From an uncultured Methanosarcinales archaeon (GTDB lineage Archaea > Nanobdellota > Nanobdellia > Woesearchaeales > GW2011-AR9), in the NCBI GenBank assembly GCA_964344285.1, contig CAYFMM010000002.1:72-64071 (forward strand): a stretch of 64,000 nt of DNA, read 5' to 3'. Shown piece after piece: positions 47,595-56,803 of the stretch; within the stretch, counting starts at the first letter, position 1; each line of letters starts with the position of its first letter. The notes beneath the pieces are model-generated. The model was not told the origin of the DNA. It saw nothing but the letters and a program-made list of their open reading frames with translations, and searched no databases. A program made the position numbers and the translations under genes.

Positions 47595-48008
47595 TTACTC
47601 TTGAACCATTGAAGAATTTCTATGAATCCTTGCAAAGTACGGGGCGGCAACAACGTAATCTTCACCAAAACCTGCAATATCGCCTTCAATAGCATCGCAT
47701 GTTTTTCTGAGCTTAGAAATTGCTCTTTTTAATTCGACTAAGTCTTTATCTTTTAATGGCCTAATATTGATCAATGCAATAGTGGAGCCTTCACGTAATG
47801 TGTCAAGAACTTCTTTGATATCTTCAAAGTCTTCCATTACAAATGGTTTGATTAAAACTTTGGATTTTGCTTCCTCTCTGTTGGGAGTTGAAGCGCCTAA
47901 AACCTCTACATATTCCTCTCCAGCTTGAGGTTCCATTTCATAGTCCTCTTCCTCGACAGGTTTTGCAAATTTATCTCGTAATTGTAAAAAAAAATCTTTC
48001 ATTTTCAC
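47595..48008 (-). CDS. sepF: Cell division protein SepF (FtsZ-binding, DUF552 family)
   Basis: C-terminal domain 'VLIKPFVMEDFEDIKEVLDTLREGSTIALINIRPLKDKDLVELKRAISKLRKTCDAIEGDIAGFGEDYVVAAP' follows the SepF pattern. Acidic N-terminal region. Confidence 0.7.
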   Translation of the reverse strand: MKMKDFFLQLRDKFAKPVEEEDYEMEPQAGEEYVEVLGASTPNREEAKSKVLIKPFVMEDFEDIKEVLDTLREGSTIALINIRPLKDKDLVELKRAISKLRKTCDAIEGDIAGFGEDYVVAAPYFARIHRNSSMVQE

Positions 48009-48139
48009 ACCCTCTCCATCATTTAATTATGATAGAAAAATAAGAGGACACCTCATATATAAATGTTTTTATTATCCCATATGAAGACTCAAAACTCTAT
48101 ATCGTCACATGAATTACTGAAGGGACAAAAAGAGAAAAG

Positions 48140-48165
48140 GACGAGAGAGAGAGAGAGAGAGAAGA
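48140..48165. repeat. (GA)n microsatellite (~11 units)
   Basis: 'cgagagagagagagagagagaag' read directly, in the sepF upstream / adjacent-gene downstream intergenic region. Confidence 0.9.
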
Positions 48166-48181
48166 CAAAGAATTGAGAAAG

Positions 48182-49765
48182 TTACGCCTGTAAGCGAAAT
48201 ACATTAGAATATGCTTTTTTCTTGCGTTTTTTTTCTTTAAATTCAACGACTGCACGAGGGAGTTGGAATGTCCCAAGAATGTTTAATTTAGCTCGAATCT
48301 TGTAAGTTATTAGACGATGCTCGTGGGCATCTAACTCAGCCAGAGACCAAACAACTTTTGTGCCTGTTTTTGCATGGCGAATTTCATGAGGTTTTAGAGT
48401 TCCAAGTTCTAAACTTTTTTGCACATTTGCAATTGCTGGAACTAAGTCTGTGATGGAAGCATGAACTAAAGGTTTTTTAGACCTGTTAAGAACTTCTAAC
48501 GTGACCTTAATTTCAGATAGTGAGCCTTCATCATCGCTACGAGTAGTAATGGCTGTTTTTTTAATCGCAACAGGAGAACGCACAGAATAGTAAAAGATGA
48601 AGAACACCGTAATCAAGATAAGTAAGTAAAGAGGCAAACGATAATTTGTAGTGTAGGAGACATCTACAGACTCACCAGGAGCAAGTTCAAGGCCCCATAC
48701 CAAATAAGATTGGCCTTCTTCACGCACCACGTTGTCTGCCCCCCTAGAAAGGATTGCTTGCCAAAAAGGCACAGGATGCTTAACTTCCTGAGCATTTAAT
48801 ACATTGCCACCGTTTTTGATTGTAAGCAAAGTTGATTTTTTTAAAAGATTCATTTTGGAGTTTGCAGCCACATCAAAGACAGGAAGTACAGTTAGAATTT
48901 CAATTTTTTGCTCTTGAATTTTTGCCACTTCTCCTTTGTGTTCAAAGACAAAGAAGATAAGGTAATCTTTTGGTTGTTGATATTTATTTGGTGTGATAGA
49001 AAATTCGACTGACTTTTTTTGTAATGGAGGTAAGTCTATAGTCACTTCTTTTTGAAATTCAGGCATATCACTTTGTAATTTTACAACTAACCCCGATAAA
49101 TCAAGAGGATTTCTGTTTTCTAAAAACAACTTGATAGAAAGAGGTTTATTGGGATCAATTTTTTCATCCATGTCAACATCCACCTTGATTGCTGGAAGGT
49201 AGTCTAGTTGTTTTTCTGGACTAAGAAATACCTTCATAGAATCAGTATACCTATCACCAGAATCACTTTCTACAGAAAACGCAAGGTTGTAAATGCCCGC
49301 AGGAAAATTCGTAGTTGGTGTTGAGACAAGGCGAACGGTTCTAGACTGCCCCGCTGCAATTTTAAAAGTTCGGTCAGTAATTGGATTTGGATCTATATTC
49401 CACCCTTGGACAAAAGAGTAAACAACATAGCTTTGAGCTAGAGTGTCTTGATTACTAACAACAATGTCAAACTCAGCAGACTCCAAAGGAGAGATTAAGT
49501 CATTAACTGGCTTTACAGAAACTGTTGACTGTGCTAACACAAATGTTGAGAATGAAAATAATGCTAAGAGCAAGACAATGACAAAAGCTAGTAATTTATT
49601 ATATTTCAACCCACTCACCTCAAAGAAAAAACAAATTTTGCTAGTATTTAAAGTCTTCGTTTCCAGAGACAATATTGTCGAGGAGAAGAGAAAAGAATAC
49701 CGAGGAATACAAACCAAGTGGGCATCCGATAGATTTAAATACTTTAATTTTTTAGTTGAACTCAT
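48182..49765 (-). CDS. Membrane protein with large extracellular beta-sandwich (CARDB/DUF11-like) region, one TM and ~130-aa C-terminal domain
   Basis: Hydrophobic signal 'LLAFVIVLLLALFSFSTFVLAQS' (true start probably downstream of the annotated Met). TM 'LYLLILITVFFIFYYSV'. No enzymatic motifs. Confidence 0.45.
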   Translation of the reverse strand: MSSTKKLKYLNLSDAHLVCIPRYSFLFSSTILSLETKTLNTSKICFFFEVSGLKYNKLLAFVIVLLLALFSFSTFVLAQSTVSVKPVNDLISPLESAEFDIVVSNQDTLAQSYVVYSFVQGWNIDPNPITDRTFKIAAGQSRTVRLVSTPTTNFPAGIYNLAFSVESDSGDRYTDSMKVFLSPEKQLDYLPAIKVDVDMDEKIDPNKPLSIKLFLENRNPLDLSGLVVKLQSDMPEFQKEVTIDLPPLQKKSVEFSITPNKYQQPKDYLIFFVFEHKGEVAKIQEQKIEILTVLPVFDVAANSKMNLLKKSTLLTIKNGGNVLNAQEVKHPVPFWQAILSRGADNVVREEGQSYLVWGLELAPGESVDVSYTTNYRLPLYLLILITVFFIFYYSVRSPVAIKKTAITTRSDDEGSLSEIKVTLEVLNRSKKPLVHASITDLVPAIANVQKSLELGTLKPHEIRHAKTGTKVVWSLAELDAHEHRLITYKIRAKLNILGTFQLPRAVVEFKEKKRKKKAYSNVFRLQA

Positions 49766-49794
49766 AAAAAAACGATTAAAAGAGGCAATTGTAG

Positions 49795-50364
49795 ATGGCA
49801 GATAGTGTGTTTCGAGGTACGATAGAATTCTTAGGGGAAGTTGGATTATATGACATTGTTCTTCCTTTCTTGTTAGTGTTTACAATTATGTTTGCTATCT
49901 TGGAAAAAACAAAAATCCTAGGGATTGAGAAAGTAAACGATAAAGAATATGCAAAGAAGAATTTGAATGCAATCGTTGCGTTTTCAACTGCTTTTTTAGT
50001 TATTGCTTCTACACGGCTTGTTGCAATAATTAATGATGTTATTGCAAACATCGTGCTACTATTGATTTTAGCAATCAGTTTTCTGCTATTAGTAGGAGCA
50101 TTTATGGGCGATCATGAGTTCAGTTTAAAAGACCACCCTGGATGGGTTACTTTTTTTATGGTTGCTATGTTAGTGGGAATTGTCTTAATTTTCCTCAATG
50201 CATTAGGATGGTTAGAATATGTCACTAACCTGTTTACATACTGGAGAGGCGAATGGGCTTCAACAATTATTTTTATTGCAATCATTGTTGGATTCATGGC
50301 CTTAGTGGTTTTCGGAGGAGGAAACTCAGGGAGCTCAAGTTCAAAAGAGAAGAAAAAAGAATGA
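49795..50364 (+). CDS. Polytopic (approx. 4-TM) membrane protein, paralog 1 of a tandem triplet
   Basis: Shares the N-terminal motif 'G.yD..lPFLLVFtimFAILeKtkiLG' and the overall hydropathy with the next two ORFs. Confidence 0.55.
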   Translation: MADSVFRGTIEFLGEVGLYDIVLPFLLVFTIMFAILEKTKILGIEKVNDKEYAKKNLNAIVAFSTAFLVIASTRLVAIINDVIANIVLLLILAISFLLLVGAFMGDHEFSLKDHPGWVTFFMVAMLVGIVLIFLNALGWLEYVTNLFTYWRGEWASTIIFIAIIVGFMALVVFGGGNSGSSSSKEKKKE

Positions 50365-50374
50365 GGGTATAATA

Positions 50375-50947
50375 ATGGCTACATTTGAAAATATTGTGTT
50401 TTTGTTTCAAAACTATGGAGTTTTGGATTTTTTAATTCCTTTTCTGCTCGTATTTGCAGTAACATTTGCAATCCTACAAAAGAGCAAGATCTTAGGGGAT
50501 AAAGCAAATATCCATTTTATTATTGCATTCACATTTGGGATGTTATTTGTAGTTCCGCACGTTTTAGGAAGATATCCTCCACAGTACGACCCAGTACTAG
50601 TGTTAAATTCAGCAATCCCAAGTATTTCGCTAGTGAGTATTGCAGCAGTTGCAGTGTTAGTTTTGTTAGGAGTTTTTGGAAAGAGATTTTCAAAAACAGC
50701 TGCACCAGTTATTGCTATTCTATCTATTCTCGCTGTAATTTTTATCTTTGGCTCTGCATTAGGATTATGGGTTGCACCAAATGACCTATTCTATTGGTGG
50801 ACTGCAGACGACTTTGAGTGGCTAGTAGTAATACTTGTCTTTGGAGTTTTAGTATTCTTAATTACAATGCCTCAAAGAAATAAAGAGAAGAAAGCTGGAG
50901 GAGCCCTTAAAGACTTTTTAGGAGGCTTAACTGAGGACACAAATTAA
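50375..50947 (+). CDS. Polytopic membrane protein, paralog 2 of tandem triplet
   Basis: 'GVLDFLIPFLLVFAVTFAILQKSKILG'. Same length (190 aa) and topology as its neighbours. Confidence 0.55.
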   Translation: MATFENIVFLFQNYGVLDFLIPFLLVFAVTFAILQKSKILGDKANIHFIIAFTFGMLFVVPHVLGRYPPQYDPVLVLNSAIPSISLVSIAAVAVLVLLGVFGKRFSKTAAPVIAILSILAVIFIFGSALGLWVAPNDLFYWWTADDFEWLVVILVFGVLVFLITMPQRNKEKKAGGALKDFLGGLTEDTN

Positions 50948-50948
50948 A

Positions 50949-51518
50949 ATGGCAACAGTATTAGATGCAGGATTACTTGGGACTTTTGGGATTGTCTTTC
51001 CATTTTTGTTTGTATTTGCACTGATATATGCAGTACTTCACAAGACTGGCCTTTTAGGCAAGAGCCCTGCGTTAAATGCAATCATTTCTGTTGCTACAGC
51101 ATTTTTAGTAGTTCTTTCTGATGCTGCTGTTGACGTGATTAACATCATCATTCCTTGGTTTGCAGCAATGATTGTGTTCTTTATTTTGATGTTATTGTTA
51201 TTTCAGATGTTTGGTGCTAAAGAAGCAGATATCTTTAGTGCTATGAAGAACAATGAAGCAATTTCTTGGGTGTTAATTGCAGTAGGGATTATTATCATTT
51301 TAACCGCGCTAGGAACTGTATTTGGGCAACGTTTTACAGAAGTTGCATTTGATGAGTCTAACGGCACATTAGATGCTAATTCTCTAGGAGGAGCAGTTGA
51401 TACTAGTGACTTTCAACAAAATATAATTAATACACTAGTACATCCAAAAGTCGTTGGCACAATGATTCTATTTATCATAGCAATATTTGCCATAGCGTTG
51501 TTAACAGGCAGCAAGTGA
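50949..51518 (+). CDS. Polytopic membrane protein, paralog 3 of tandem triplet
   Basis: 'GTFGIVFPFLFVFALIYAVLHKTGLLG'. 189 aa. Starts 1 nt after the stop of paralog 2. Confidence 0.55.
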   Translation: MATVLDAGLLGTFGIVFPFLFVFALIYAVLHKTGLLGKSPALNAIISVATAFLVVLSDAAVDVINIIIPWFAAMIVFFILMLLLFQMFGAKEADIFSAMKNNEAISWVLIAVGIIIILTALGTVFGQRFTEVAFDESNGTLDANSLGGAVDTSDFQQNIINTLVHPKVVGTMILFIIAIFAIALLTGSK

Positions 51519-51573
51519 GTGGCATAGAATGTTCTGAATTCAGGTTTGATTAGAAGAATAATAAGAAGTAAAG

Positions 51574-52197
51574 TTATTTTTTCTTAATTTTATCTGTAAG
51601 ACTGTTTAGTTCCTTAACGTTTTCAACAAACTGAGGAACAACATCTTTAAACACCTTTCCTACAGCGTTAAGTTCTGTGCCCACATCTTGCATTCGGTTG
51701 TCATAATCATCTAATTTTCCTAAAACTCCTTGGTGAAGTGTTGAGAAGTCTTCTTTTAGCTTTGCAACATCGTGAGCAAGTTTCATTTGTTTTTCTTCAA
51801 ATTTATTTTTCCAGTCAACAATTTTTTTAACTTCGGAGATTAGTTCATCCCATTTTTCATCAATTAAATTCTCCGTAATTTCTTCTATTCTGTCATAAAC
51901 ATTTGCAGGCGAGGATGAAGTCCCCACATTTGGAGCATAGTCAGAATATCCAGAACCTGTTGGAGGCTGCATATCTCCCATCGGCGGCTGCATTGTTTGG
52001 TTGGGAAAAGGATTTGGAGCACCTGGAGCACCATTAGGACTTGGAGGTACATCCAAAGGCTCTAAGCTCATTATTGCTTGATTAACAGCATCAGGAGAAA
52101 GACCTTTTTGAGTTAGTTCTTCCATGATAACTGAGTCTGTAAGGCCTTGTGCGCGTAAGTTTTGTACTTCTTCAACTGGACTATTCATTTGTATCAC
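51574..52197 (-). CDS. Hypothetical protein: small N-terminal helical domain, Pro/Gly-rich linker, C-terminal coiled coil
   Basis: 'PPSPNGAPGAPNPFPNQTMQPPMGDMQPPTGSG' linker, then heptad-rich 'EKWDELISEVKKIVDWKNKFEEKQMKLAHDVAKLKEDF...'. Confidence 0.4.
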   Translation of the reverse strand: MIQMNSPVEEVQNLRAQGLTDSVIMEELTQKGLSPDAVNQAIMSLEPLDVPPSPNGAPGAPNPFPNQTMQPPMGDMQPPTGSGYSDYAPNVGTSSSPANVYDRIEEITENLIDEKWDELISEVKKIVDWKNKFEEKQMKLAHDVAKLKEDFSTLHQGVLGKLDDYDNRMQDVGTELNAVGKVFKDVVPQFVENVKELNSLTDKIKKK

Positions 52198-52750
52198 CTT
52201 TGTGAGTTGTTTTTGTTCTTTGATTTTTTGTAGAAGATAATTTATGTGGACTTTTTTGTAACGCTAGTTGCTTTGTTATTTCTCTTTTGATATCCTTTTG
52301 TGTAACAAAGTTAAGAGGATTCCAAAGATCAACATATTTTTTTAAAGTCATTACTTCTTCTCTTCCTGCTGATTGTTTTAGTTCCTTGATAATTAAGTCT
52401 ACTTTTTGACGTAGTTTTTCATTTTCATGCTTTGTTTCCATGAGCTCTTCAGACAAAGATTTATTTTCTTGACGTAGTGCATTTTGTTTTGTGATAAAAT
52501 CATTTTTTAAAACACGCATTTCTCTTAGAAGATTATTTACTTTGCCTTCTAAACTTTTTACCCATACATACATCTGTTGATTTCCAAAATCAGATTGCTG
52601 TGGTTGCACAGGAGGTGCTTTGCTTTTAAGTAAAGACATAGATGAAATAGAGCGAAGTGCATATAATAAAGTTGTGTTAGTATTTGAGAGTAGTATTTTT
52701 GGCGGAGGAGAGTTTTTATTCTGAGAGATAGAAAAGGTAATAAAGCACAA
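52181..52750 (-). CDS. Hypothetical coiled-coil protein
   Basis: Continuous heptad pattern 'LLREMRVLKNDFITKQNALRQENKSLSEELMETKHENEKLRQKVDLIIKELK'. 17-nt overlap with the downstream coiled-coil gene. Confidence 0.4.
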   Translation of the reverse strand: MCFITFSISQNKNSPPPKILLSNTNTTLLYALRSISSMSLLKSKAPPVQPQQSDFGNQQMYVWVKSLEGKVNNLLREMRVLKNDFITKQNALRQENKSLSEELMETKHENEKLRQKVDLIIKELKQSAGREEVMTLKKYVDLWNPLNFVTQKDIKREITKQLALQKSPHKLSSTKNQRTKTTHKGDTNE

Positions 52751-52766
52751 GAGCCGTTCTAAGAAG

Positions 52767-55085
52767 ATGGTTACAGGAAGAACTACATTTTGTTTTGCAC
52801 ATGATATTTTTCATGAGGGAGAGAATAAAATTGTAAAGATTTCTATGGAAAAATGTAATTTTCCCCCATCCATCGAATATAGTGGTATTTGTATGAGTAA
52901 GGTTATTGAGGTTTTATTGCAAAATCAAGGGATAAATATTATTGTTTTAACACAATTACGAGAATATGAATATGATTTTTCGCAGGTTGCTTTGCTTGAT
53001 GAAATTGCACAGGCGTTTAAAAAGTTAAATCAAGATGAAAGACATATCCATTCGCAGCTTGTTACAAATCCTGAACATGAGAGGTATATTAGGGGAGTAT
53101 ATACTGAATTTCAACGGATTATTTCTAAAGAACTAAAAGAAGACCCATTTGCAGCATTTGTAGGTTTAAAGAGATTATATAGTCGTGAAAAAATCAGACA
53201 TGGGAATATTGTTGACGTGAGACATGGGCAAAGTCAAGGATTATTTTTGCAGATGTTAGATAGTGCAATTTCTGTACTAGAAGGCACTAAAATGATTCAA
53301 ATGATGATGCCACTTGCAAAGGATTATGATGTGGGAGATCGCCAAATTTATGGTAATGTTTTTCATCCAATTACAAGGCCTGATTTTATGTATACTAAGT
53401 TAGTAACTGATTTTCCAGAGGGGGAGTTAAAAGAGAGTTACACGTTTCATGCAGGTAGTGATGAATGTGAAGTTAATATTTTTGGATTTGATGATGACAT
53501 TAAAACACTGTATCATTTAACTCCACCTGAATTTCAATTTCCAGAAGAGATGTATGAACTACTTGATGATGCAAAAAGAATTATGTCTGAACATAAGCCA
53601 ACAAAAGAAGAGTTTGTTGATCCTCAGAGAATGCGAGAAGTATTTTTGAGTATTGGTAAAGATTTAATTGAAGATTTAGTAAAGCACAAAAAGATGCGTT
53701 TATCACAGCAAAAAGTTGACCAATTGGCACAAGCTTTATTGCGTTATACTGTTGGTTTTGGGTTAATTGAGTTATTATTATCTGATCCGAAAGTTCAGGA
53801 TGTAAATATTAATTCTCCAAACGGTGAGCTTCCAATTTTTATTGTACATCAAGATTATGGTGATTGTTATACGAATGTGTATCCAACTAGACTTGAGACT
53901 GAGAGTTGGGCAACAAAGTTACGTTTGATTTCTGGCAGACCGTTAGATGAGGCAAATCCAATTTTAGATACAGAGCTTAAAGTGCCTGGTTTTACGTCAA
54001 GAGTTTCTGCAATTACTGCTCCTTTGAGCCCGAATGGACTTGCCTTTTCATTTCGACGTCACAGAGATTTTCCATGGACATTCCCATTGTATTTGCAACC
54101 TAAAATTAGGTATATGGATGAGACTGCAGCAGGTCTGCTTAGTTTTTTAATTGCAAATAATGCTACAATGCTTGTTGCAGGAACTAGGTCTTCTGGAAAG
54201 AGTAGTCTTTTAGGAAGTTTCTTAGTTGAAATTTCTCGTCGTTCACGAATTTTAACAATCGAGGATACATTTGAATTGCCACAAGAATCTTTGCGTGCAT
54301 TAGGATATAATTTAGAATCATTAAAAGTTGCATCTGCACTTGCGACAAAGGAAGGTAGTGAAGTTGATCCATCGATTGGAATTAGATCTACATTGCGTTT
54401 GGGAGATAGTGCAATTTTTGTAGGAGAAGTTAGAAGTAAAGAAGCTGTTGCATTGTTTGAAGCAATGCGTGTTGGGGCTGCTGCAAATGTTGTTGCAGGA
54501 ACAATTCATGCTGACTCCCCCTATGGAGTATATGACAGGGTTGTAAATGACATTGGCGTTCCTAAAACGTCGTTTAAAGCAATTGATATTATTGTTGTAA
54601 CAAATCCGGTCATTTCTGGCCTTAAGAAGTTTAAGCGGATTTTACGTGTTACAGAAGTGCGTAAAGAGTGGGAAAATGATCCGTTGCAAGAACATGCGTT
54701 TGTTGATTTGATGGTGTATAATGCAAAGACCGATCAGTTAGAGATTACTGAGGATTTACGTAACGGAAATTCAGATATTTTAAAACGAATGGCTGGAAGA
54801 ATTAAAGAGTTTGCAGGCGATTGGGATGCGGTGTGGGACAATATTGCACTACGCGGGAAATGTAAACAAGCAATTGTTGATGAGTTTAGCAAGGTTGTTG
54901 AAAAAGAAGAATTGAAAGGCGAGTCTAAAGAGATTTTAGAAGCAAAATTTGTAATTAAAGCTAATGATATGTTTAATTTAATCTCTGATAGGGTTAAAGA
55001 GAAGAAAGGAAAGCTAGACTCTGACACTATTTTCTTTGAGTATAAAGAGTGGTTAAAAAAGGAAGTTAAGAAGATTGTGTTGTGA
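52767..55085 (+). CDS. Type II/IV secretion system-family ATPase (FlaI/PilB/VirB11-like), unusually long (772 aa) with large N-terminal extension
   Basis: Walker A 'AGTRSSGKSSLL' and Walker B 'RILTIEDTFEL'. The T2SE N-domain region 'VQDVNINSPNGELPIFIVHQDYG...LDTELKVPGFTSRVSAITAPLSPNGLAFSFRRH' is present. Confidence 0.8.
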   Translation: MVTGRTTFCFAHDIFHEGENKIVKISMEKCNFPPSIEYSGICMSKVIEVLLQNQGINIIVLTQLREYEYDFSQVALLDEIAQAFKKLNQDERHIHSQLVTNPEHERYIRGVYTEFQRIISKELKEDPFAAFVGLKRLYSREKIRHGNIVDVRHGQSQGLFLQMLDSAISVLEGTKMIQMMMPLAKDYDVGDRQIYGNVFHPITRPDFMYTKLVTDFPEGELKESYTFHAGSDECEVNIFGFDDDIKTLYHLTPPEFQFPEEMYELLDDAKRIMSEHKPTKEEFVDPQRMREVFLSIGKDLIEDLVKHKKMRLSQQKVDQLAQALLRYTVGFGLIELLLSDPKVQDVNINSPNGELPIFIVHQDYGDCYTNVYPTRLETESWATKLRLISGRPLDEANPILDTELKVPGFTSRVSAITAPLSPNGLAFSFRRHRDFPWTFPLYLQPKIRYMDETAAGLLSFLIANNATMLVAGTRSSGKSSLLGSFLVEISRRSRILTIEDTFELPQESLRALGYNLESLKVASALATKEGSEVDPSIGIRSTLRLGDSAIFVGEVRSKEAVALFEAMRVGAAANVVAGTIHADSPYGVYDRVVNDIGVPKTSFKAIDIIVVTNPVISGLKKFKRILRVTEVRKEWENDPLQEHAFVDLMVYNAKTDQLEITEDLRNGNSDILKRMAGRIKEFAGDWDAVWDNIALRGKCKQAIVDEFSKVVEKEELKGESKEILEAKFVIKANDMFNLISDRVKEKKGKLDSDTIFFEYKEWLKKEVKKIVL

Positions 55086-55096
55086 GAGTTGAGAGA

Positions 55097-56290
55097 TCAT
55101 AATAATTCATGTACGCCAGAAGGGCTACGTCGCTGTGAGAGTGGCACCGGAGTTTTTTTATCGTATACCCACCCTCCAATTGGAGCAGCAAAAAGGCGTT
55201 TAACAGTTAATTCTGATTTTATTGCTTGATACAACTTCTCTCCTAAGTCTCTTGTAACAGGATTAGGGTCTACTGCTTTTACAAACCCATCAACAAGATT
55301 CCCATAACCTTCCCTTTTCATGCTATCTACATAAGGTTCTATTCTAGAGTCAGGATCACGCTCATATTCAAGCAAATCACTAATACTTACACCTTCTAAC
55401 ATATTTCTACCCACACATGTTTCTCCTACCACTGTTGCATAAGCAAAGGAATCAACATGGGGCATTGTAAGTAGAGCTCCTCGCGTATATTCATTATTTT
55501 CTTTGGAACGTTGAGCATAAAATTCTGAAAACACGTTTGCCAATTTGTGGCCAATCATTTTTGGAGGAATACGTTCAGGTGCAAAATGTCCCAGAGTACC
55601 ATAAAACTCTCCCGAAGGAAATGGATCATAAATAATTCCAGACTCTTTTGCACTGGCAAGGCCAAAATCAAGAAGCACAACACCACTATCTTTGCGTAAA
55701 AGAACATTCAAGGGTTTAATATCTCTGTGAACAATTCCCTGTGCATGCGTCTCACCCATTACTTCATATAAGGAAGCGCCAGTTTGCAAACGTTTACGTC
55801 TTGAAAGAGAATCTTTTAAAATTAATTCTTGCAGATTTTCTCCTTGAGCATACTGCATCCACAGTGGTGTGAGAGGTTCTTCTGATTCAAATTTCCAGAG
55901 CTCTGCTACATTTCTTCCTAAAGGTTGTGCCCTTCTTAAAATTCCAGCTTCATGATGCGCAAATTGTGCACTTATTACCTTTTGGGGAATGGTGAATAAT
56001 TTTACTGCTAGAGTTAAATCTTCCTTCATTCTTTTCTTTCTCTTAACCCGAGGAACCAAATAGACTTCGCTAAATGCACCCTCGCCTATTTTTTGCGGTA
56101 CTTCATAATTGCCATTCCCTGCAATTCGTTGCAAAAAAGCATCACGGTGTTTTGTAATTTCTTCCGCGGAGTAAGCCTCTCTTGGATCCCCATCTATTTT
56201 GTATATATCTTCTATTGAAGCTGCAGCTAGGCCTGGTTCTGTTGACCCTTGAAGAGGCGCTCCCGTGAATAATTCTATCCAATCGACCAT
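55097..56290 (-). CDS. Eukaryotic-like (Hanks-type) Ser/Thr protein kinase
   Basis: 'HRDIKPLNVLL' catalytic loop, 'LDFGLASA' DFG motif, 'GTLGHFAPER' APE motif. Glycine-rich loop 'IGEGAFSEVY' and Lys in 'LAVKLF'. Confidence 0.8.
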   Translation of the reverse strand: MVDWIELFTGAPLQGSTEPGLAAASIEDIYKIDGDPREAYSAEEITKHRDAFLQRIAGNGNYEVPQKIGEGAFSEVYLVPRVKRKKRMKEDLTLAVKLFTIPQKVISAQFAHHEAGILRRAQPLGRNVAELWKFESEEPLTPLWMQYAQGENLQELILKDSLSRRKRLQTGASLYEVMGETHAQGIVHRDIKPLNVLLRKDSGVVLLDFGLASAKESGIIYDPFPSGEFYGTLGHFAPERIPPKMIGHKLANVFSEFYAQRSKENNEYTRGALLTMPHVDSFAYATVVGETCVGRNMLEGVSISDLLEYERDPDSRIEPYVDSMKREGYGNLVDGFVKAVDPNPVTRDLGEKLYQAIKSELTVKRLFAAPIGGWVYDKKTPVPLSQRRSPSGVHELL

Positions 56291-56362
56291 AAGAACAAGA
56301 AAAAACAGCTGTTTTCTTTATAAGAGTTTAGTTTAGAATAAAGGAGTAAGAGATTATGAGTT

Positions 56363-56752
56363 TTACTTATAACAGATATCACAACTAGAAAGACCAGTCT
56401 CTACATCCATATGGATTCTGCAAATTGCTTTTGATGTTTTAATGTAATCGCTTATTTTTTGGATTTGTTGATATGCTGTTTTTGTATCTTTAATGTTTGC
56501 TGCTGCTTTTGTGATAAACTCTTTTACGTCTTCTGGTAAAGAAATGTCTTTTGCGCGTTTTGCGTTACAATATTGTGAGACTGCCGATGGTGTTAGGTTT
56601 AAAAGAGTTGCAATTTCTTTTTGAGAGTGATTTTGTTTTTTAAGGGCTAGAACTAATTCTTTTCTAATGATTGGAAGAACATACCAGACTTCAATCTCTT
56701 GAGGATGTTTTACAGGTATTGTGTTGTCTTGTGGTTGGATTGTTGTAGGCAT
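56363..56752 (-). CDS. Archaeal-type HTH transcriptional regulator with C-terminal Cys/His cluster
   Basis: HTH 'SQKEIATLLNLTPSAVSQYCN'. C-terminal 'CRIHMDVETGLSSCDICYK' is a possible metal-binding knuckle. Architecture resembles archaeal COG2522-like regulators (inference). Confidence 0.5.
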   Translation of the reverse strand: MPTTIQPQDNTIPVKHPQEIEVWYVLPIIRKELVLALKKQNHSQKEIATLLNLTPSAVSQYCNAKRAKDISLPEDVKEFITKAAANIKDTKTAYQQIQKISDYIKTSKAICRIHMDVETGLSSCDICYK

Positions 56753-56803
56753 TGTTTTTTTTGTATATTTTTGTTTGTGATAAATGTTTTTGTTTTTATT
56801 AGC

